A DNA stretch of 64,000 nt from Planctomycetota bacterium (lineage in GTDB: Bacteria; Planctomycetota; GCA-002687715; CAIWVZ01), in NCBI GenBank assembly GCA_044222185.1, contig JBGANV010000004.1, forward strand, positions 96,001 through 160,000, written 5' to 3'. Of the stretch, positions 60,356 to 64,000 are shown piece after piece. A program made the translations under genes and the position numbers. Every line of letters begins with the position of its first letter. Position 1 is the first letter of the stretch. The notes below the pieces were generated by a model. That model was not told the origin of the DNA, did no database searches, and saw only the letters and a program-made list of their open reading frames with translations.

Positions 60356-60408
60356 GCCGACGGCGTTCCGGTCCGAATGGTGCCAAGGCGACGCCATCCA
60401 ATCCGGTG

Positions 60409-61017
60409 TCACTTCCTCAACGCGGCCACCTCCCGCTGAATCCCGTCCAGCCGCCGCAGAGCCTCGTCCAGGCGTGAATCGGCCGGCAGGGAGCGCTTGC
60501 CGTGGAGGTAGACGTTTCCGTCGGGAGACATCACGGCGCGATCCACTTCGTCGAGGGAATCGAAGCCACGCTCGTGCGCTTTCAGCAGGATCTCCGTGTG
60601 ATTCATGCGCAGGCGGCTCAGGAGCGCGTCGTTCACGCGACCTTCGCTGATCAGCACGACGTCACCGCCCGCCTCGGCGGCGAGCGCGCGCCGTGGACCG
60701 CGATAGGAGAGGCGGAGGGCGATGGCATTGGTCGCAAAGAGCGTGGCGACGCCGATCATGCCGCCGACGAGCGAGGTGTCATTGCCGATGATCGCGTTCT
60801 GGACCGTGTTCGAGAGCATCAACAGGATCACGAGGTCGAACGGATTCAGTTGGGCCAGGACGCGTCGGCCGAACGCGCGCAGGCCGATCAGGAGCACGGA
60901 ATAGACGACGACGGCGCGAATGACCTTCTCTGTGACCGTCACCGGCGAGACGGTCGAATCCACCGTGCCCAGGTGCACGAGGTTTTGCCAGAGGTTCGTC
61001 CAGAACGCGTGATCCAT
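60409..61017 (-). CDS. DUF421/YetF family membrane protein
   Basis: LRAFGRRVLAQLNPFDLVILLMLSNTVQNAI, VLISEG, AVMSPDG. Confidence 0.88.
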   Translation of the reverse strand: MDHAFWTNLWQNLVHLGTVDSTVSPVTVTEKVIRAVVVYSVLLIGLRAFGRRVLAQLNPFDLVILLMLSNTVQNAIIGNDTSLVGGMIGVATLFATNAIALRLSYRGPRRALAAEAGGDVVLISEGRVNDALLSRLRMNHTEILLKAHERGFDSLDEVDRAVMSPDGNVYLHGKRSLPADSRLDEALRRLDGIQREVAALRK

Positions 61018-61249
61018 GGTCGTCGCTCCTCGATCGAGCGTCGGCCGCCGGCGTCCGGTGGAAGCCGGCCGGCCAGTTGCCCGACGCGTCGTGTGACTCC
61101 GGTTCTACCTGCCAAGCCTCGGGTGCACGGGCCCACGGCGGGTCGTTCCGCGTCCGCCCGTGGTTACCGTCACGGCGCGGATCCGGTTGGCGGGTCCGGC
61201 GATCGCCCATCGATGCCTGACGCGAGCCCTTCGGCCGGAGCCCCTACGC

Positions 61250-61855
61250 ATGAGCTTCTGGGACACCCGATACAGCGCCTCCGAGTTCGTGTACGGCAAG
61301 GAGCCGAACGACTTCCTGCGACAAAGCGCCCCGCAGATCCCAAAGGGACCCGTGCTCGCGCTCGCCGACGGCGACGGCCGCAACGGCGTATTCCTCGCGA
61401 AATGCGGCCATGACGTCCACGCGGTCGACCTCTCCGCCGTCGGACTGAAGAAGGCCAGCGCCTACGCCCTCGCCGAGGGAGTCCGCATCACGACCCAAGT
61501 CGCCGATCTCGCCGACTACGCCATCGAGCCCGCAGCCTGGAGCGGCATCGTCTCCATCTCGGCGCACCTCCCGGCCCCGGTTCGTCGCGCCTTGCATCGC
61601 CGGGTCGTGAGCGGCCTCCGTCCCGGCGGCCTCTTCATCCTGGAAGCGTTCACCCCGCGACAACTCGAGATCGGTGGCGTCGGCGGCCCCGGACCGGCGC
61701 ACCCTGACTTCTACATGTCCCTGGCGGATCTCCGCGTCGAACTCGCCGGCCTGGAGTTCATTCACGAGGAGGAGCTGGACCGAGACGTGAACGAGGGAGC
61801 CTTCCATCGAGGCCGGGCTGCCGTCGTGCAAGTGATCGCGCGGCGACCTGCCTGA
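61250..61855 (+). CDS. Class I SAM-dependent methyltransferase (TehB-like)
   Basis: FWDTRYS, YGKEPNDFL, LADGDGRNGVFLA, LRPGG. Confidence 0.88.
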   Translation: MSFWDTRYSASEFVYGKEPNDFLRQSAPQIPKGPVLALADGDGRNGVFLAKCGHDVHAVDLSAVGLKKASAYALAEGVRITTQVADLADYAIEPAAWSGIVSISAHLPAPVRRALHRRVVSGLRPGGLFILEAFTPRQLEIGGVGGPGPAHPDFYMSLADLRVELAGLEFIHEEELDRDVNEGAFHRGRAAVVQVIARRPA

Positions 61856-62074
61856 CGTCCGATCCTTCGTGTCGCCTCGAATGCCGTTCGGACCCGCGGC
61901 TTACTTCCACCGCCGGCGAGCGTCTCCAGTGCCGGCGTTCCCGCCGCCGCCGTCCCGGGGGAATTGGCTTGCCAGCTTCGCCGTCATGCCCTTAAGCTCT
62001 TGGCTCAAAGGACTGAGCGAAGATCGCCGACGACGGATATGCGATTCGGTCGAACGATCGGAACGGACAACGAC

Positions 62075-63301
62075 ATGAGATCAATCCAATCGGCCTTGCG
62101 GATCGGGCTCTGGCTCACCGCGGCCGCCGGAGCGAGCTGGGCCCTGGGGTGTCCTCAGGGTGACGGCGCGACGAGCGGCAGCGCAACCTTCGAGCCACAC
62201 GCGGTCAGAACCTGGGACATCGTTCTCCCGGAGGAGCGCTTCCCCGATCTCGGTGCCGGCGTGGTGCTGCCTCACGACGGCGGCGATCGCTTCGCGGCGG
62301 TCGACGACGGCGGGCTCCTCAAGGTCGACATCAACGGCGACGGCACGCCGGAGGCGCGCGTCGAGGGGACGGCAGGCCACGTCACCTTCAGCGCCAAGAC
62401 GAAGGAAGGCGCGCCGTTGTCGTACTCGGTCCGCCTGACGCGCATGTCGGATGGTCCGTGGAAGTACGGCGTCGGCGGCGTCATGTCGGGCATGGTCGAC
62501 GGCGTCCAGGTGCGCCTCATCGACCAGAACCTGAATGGATCGTTCAACGACGTGGGCGAGGACGCCATCGTCGTCGGCCGCGAGAACGTGGCGAGCTATC
62601 TGTCGTCGGCGATCAACGTCAACGGCAAGCTGTACGCGATCGAGGTGGCTCGTGACGGTGCCAAGCTTTCGTGGAAGCCGTTCGAGGGCGCGACCGCCAA
62701 GGTCGACTTCACCGGAAGCTTCACGTGCAAGGCCCTGCTGCGCGCGGCGATCGTGAAGAGCGCTGACGGCAAGTTCTCCTTCAACGTCTCCAAGTCCGCC
62801 GGCGGAATGCTCGTTCCGGCCGGCGACTACACCCTGACGTCAGGGCAGCTCGCGCTTCACGACAGCGTCGCCACGTTGAAGCGCGGTCGCTCGAAGCCAT
62901 TCGCGGTGAAGGCCGGCGAGACGTTCACGCCCAAGTGGGGCGGGCCTGTGACGGCGGAGTTCGGCTTCTCCCGCATGGGGGACAAGCTCGTCTTCACGCC
63001 GTGGGACATCTGGTACTACGGCGAACTCGGCGAGGAGTACTCGAACTTCCTGCCGCTTGGCACGTCGCCCGAGTTCACGATCAAGAAGAAGGAGGGCGGC
63101 GAGACGATCGCCGTCGCCAAGTTCCCCGGGAACTGTTGAGGCTTCGGATTCACGCGGGTCGCCGTGAGCGTCCCCACCAACACCGAAGTCACGATCACGA
63201 TGAAGGCCGACAACTGGGCGTTCGGAACCGTCGAAGGGTCGCCGCGTGGCGCTGGATCCACCTCGGATCGCCCGCTCGGGACGGAGAAGCCTTCGCGCTG
63301 A
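62075..63301 (+). CDS. Candidate exported selenoprotein, 408 aa, Cys354-Sec355, with Dx[DN]xDG Ca-binding-like loops
   Basis: ORF stops at FPGNC-TGA (63137-63139), but the frame stays open for 53 protein-like codons (GFGFTRVAVSVPTNTEVTITMKADNWAFGTVEG...) to TGA 63299-63301; SECIS-like hairpin follows; signal peptide; DINGDG, DQNLNGSFND. Confidence 0.75.
63149..63168 (+). promoter_or_regulatory. Putative bacterial SECIS element
   Basis: UGA + about 10 nt + UCAC-GCG, loop GGU, CGC-(C)-GUGA. Confidence 0.65.
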
Positions 63302-63451
63302 TCGGACCGCCCGTTCGAGAATCGCTCCGCGGCGGAGTCGCTCCGCCGCGCCGACGTACGGAACCGCGCACTCTTCAGTCCCATGCTCGCCGCTGACCGA
63401 CGTGCCGTCGGTCGTCCATCCGTGTCACCAACCTCACTCAACGTGCCCGCG

Positions 63452-64000
63452 ATGCGCGCGCTTCGCTCCGGGCCAGGGATCGCCTCGTCGCTCGCCGCGG
63501 CGTTCCTCCTGGCCATCGTGTTCGGGCTGCTCGCATGGTCCGCTCGCGCCCAGGAAGAGGACCCTCCTCCTCCGCCGGCGGATCAGTCGACCGAGGACGT
63601 CAACACGTCCAAGACGGGGATCGCGAAGATCCCCGTGCGGGTCGTCAACGGCCGCCTCGTCGTCAACTGCCAGCTCGCCGCGCGTCGCCGCGTCCCGGTG
63701 AATCTGTTCATCGACCTGGAGGCGCCCGTGGGGCTGCTCCTCCACAACCGGGCCGCATCCGGCATCGTCGCCGAAGAGGACGACGGCACGCCGAACGTGA
63801 TCACGATCAACCTGCCGGACTTGAACATGAAGGTCCCGCAGCGTGAGGTCGGCGAAGAAGAACCCTTCGAGCGATTCACCAAGTGGTACTCGAAGGAGCT
63901 CGGGGAGCAGGCGGTCGTCGGAACGCTCGGCGCGAAGGTGCTGTCCCAGTACCACGTCGTCCTCGACCTCCGTCACGGGATGATGGAGCTGTCAGCGCCC
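63452..64000 (+). CDS. Exported protein with a retropepsin-like fold, catalytic motif degenerate (3' truncated by window edge; absent from the ORF track)
   Basis: Open frame from ATG 63383 or 63452 to the window end; signal ...WSARA-Q; IPVRVVNGRLVV, LFIDLEAP, VGTLGAKVLSQYHVVLDL. Confidence 0.7.
   Translation, partial: MRALRSGPGIASSLAAAFLLAIVFGLLAWSARAQEEDPPPPPADQSTEDVNTSKTGIAKIPVRVVNGRLVVNCQLAARRRVPVNLFIDLEAPVGLLLHNRAASGIVAEEDDGTPNVITINLPDLNMKVPQREVGEEEPFERFTKWYSKELGEQAVVGTLGAKVLSQYHVVLDLRHGMMELSAP

Noticed and set aside
1-64000. Genome-wide UGA reassignment (code 4 or 25) as the explanation for the in-frame TGAs
   Set aside because: Many clear genes end in TGA, several with GTGA/ATGA start-stop coupling (3035-3038, 13135-13138, 37152-37155), so TGA is a normal stop here.

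Overview
High-GC bacterial window; the gene content (ECF sigma/Ser-Thr kinase pair, HEAT, FG-GAP, FGE-domain and many exported proteins) suggests Planctomycetota, which is inference. Housekeeping and accessory content: a four-gene CDP-branched-deoxysugar set, a MacAB-like ABC exporter, ubiE/menG, ispG, uppP, three ECF sigma factors, a DUF4331 operon, a GH95-like hydrolase and a dead AbiEii-type toxin gene. Main result: two genes that the ORF track cuts at an in-frame TGA directly after a Cys codon (513..1808 minus; 62075..63301 plus). Each continues in frame and carries a bacterial SECIS-like hairpin about 11 nt after the UGA, so both are candidate exported Cys-Sec selenoproteins; the first looks SelN-like. 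Also notable: a recurring ~130-aa domain at the C-terminus of unrelated exported proteins (possible sorting domain), a probable nested start inside the kinase gene, Gln after most signal peptides, and a duplicated 232-bp structured element. No rRNA, tRNA, CRISPR array, transposase or selABCD gene was seen. Most other six-frame ORFs are GC-rich shadow frames.
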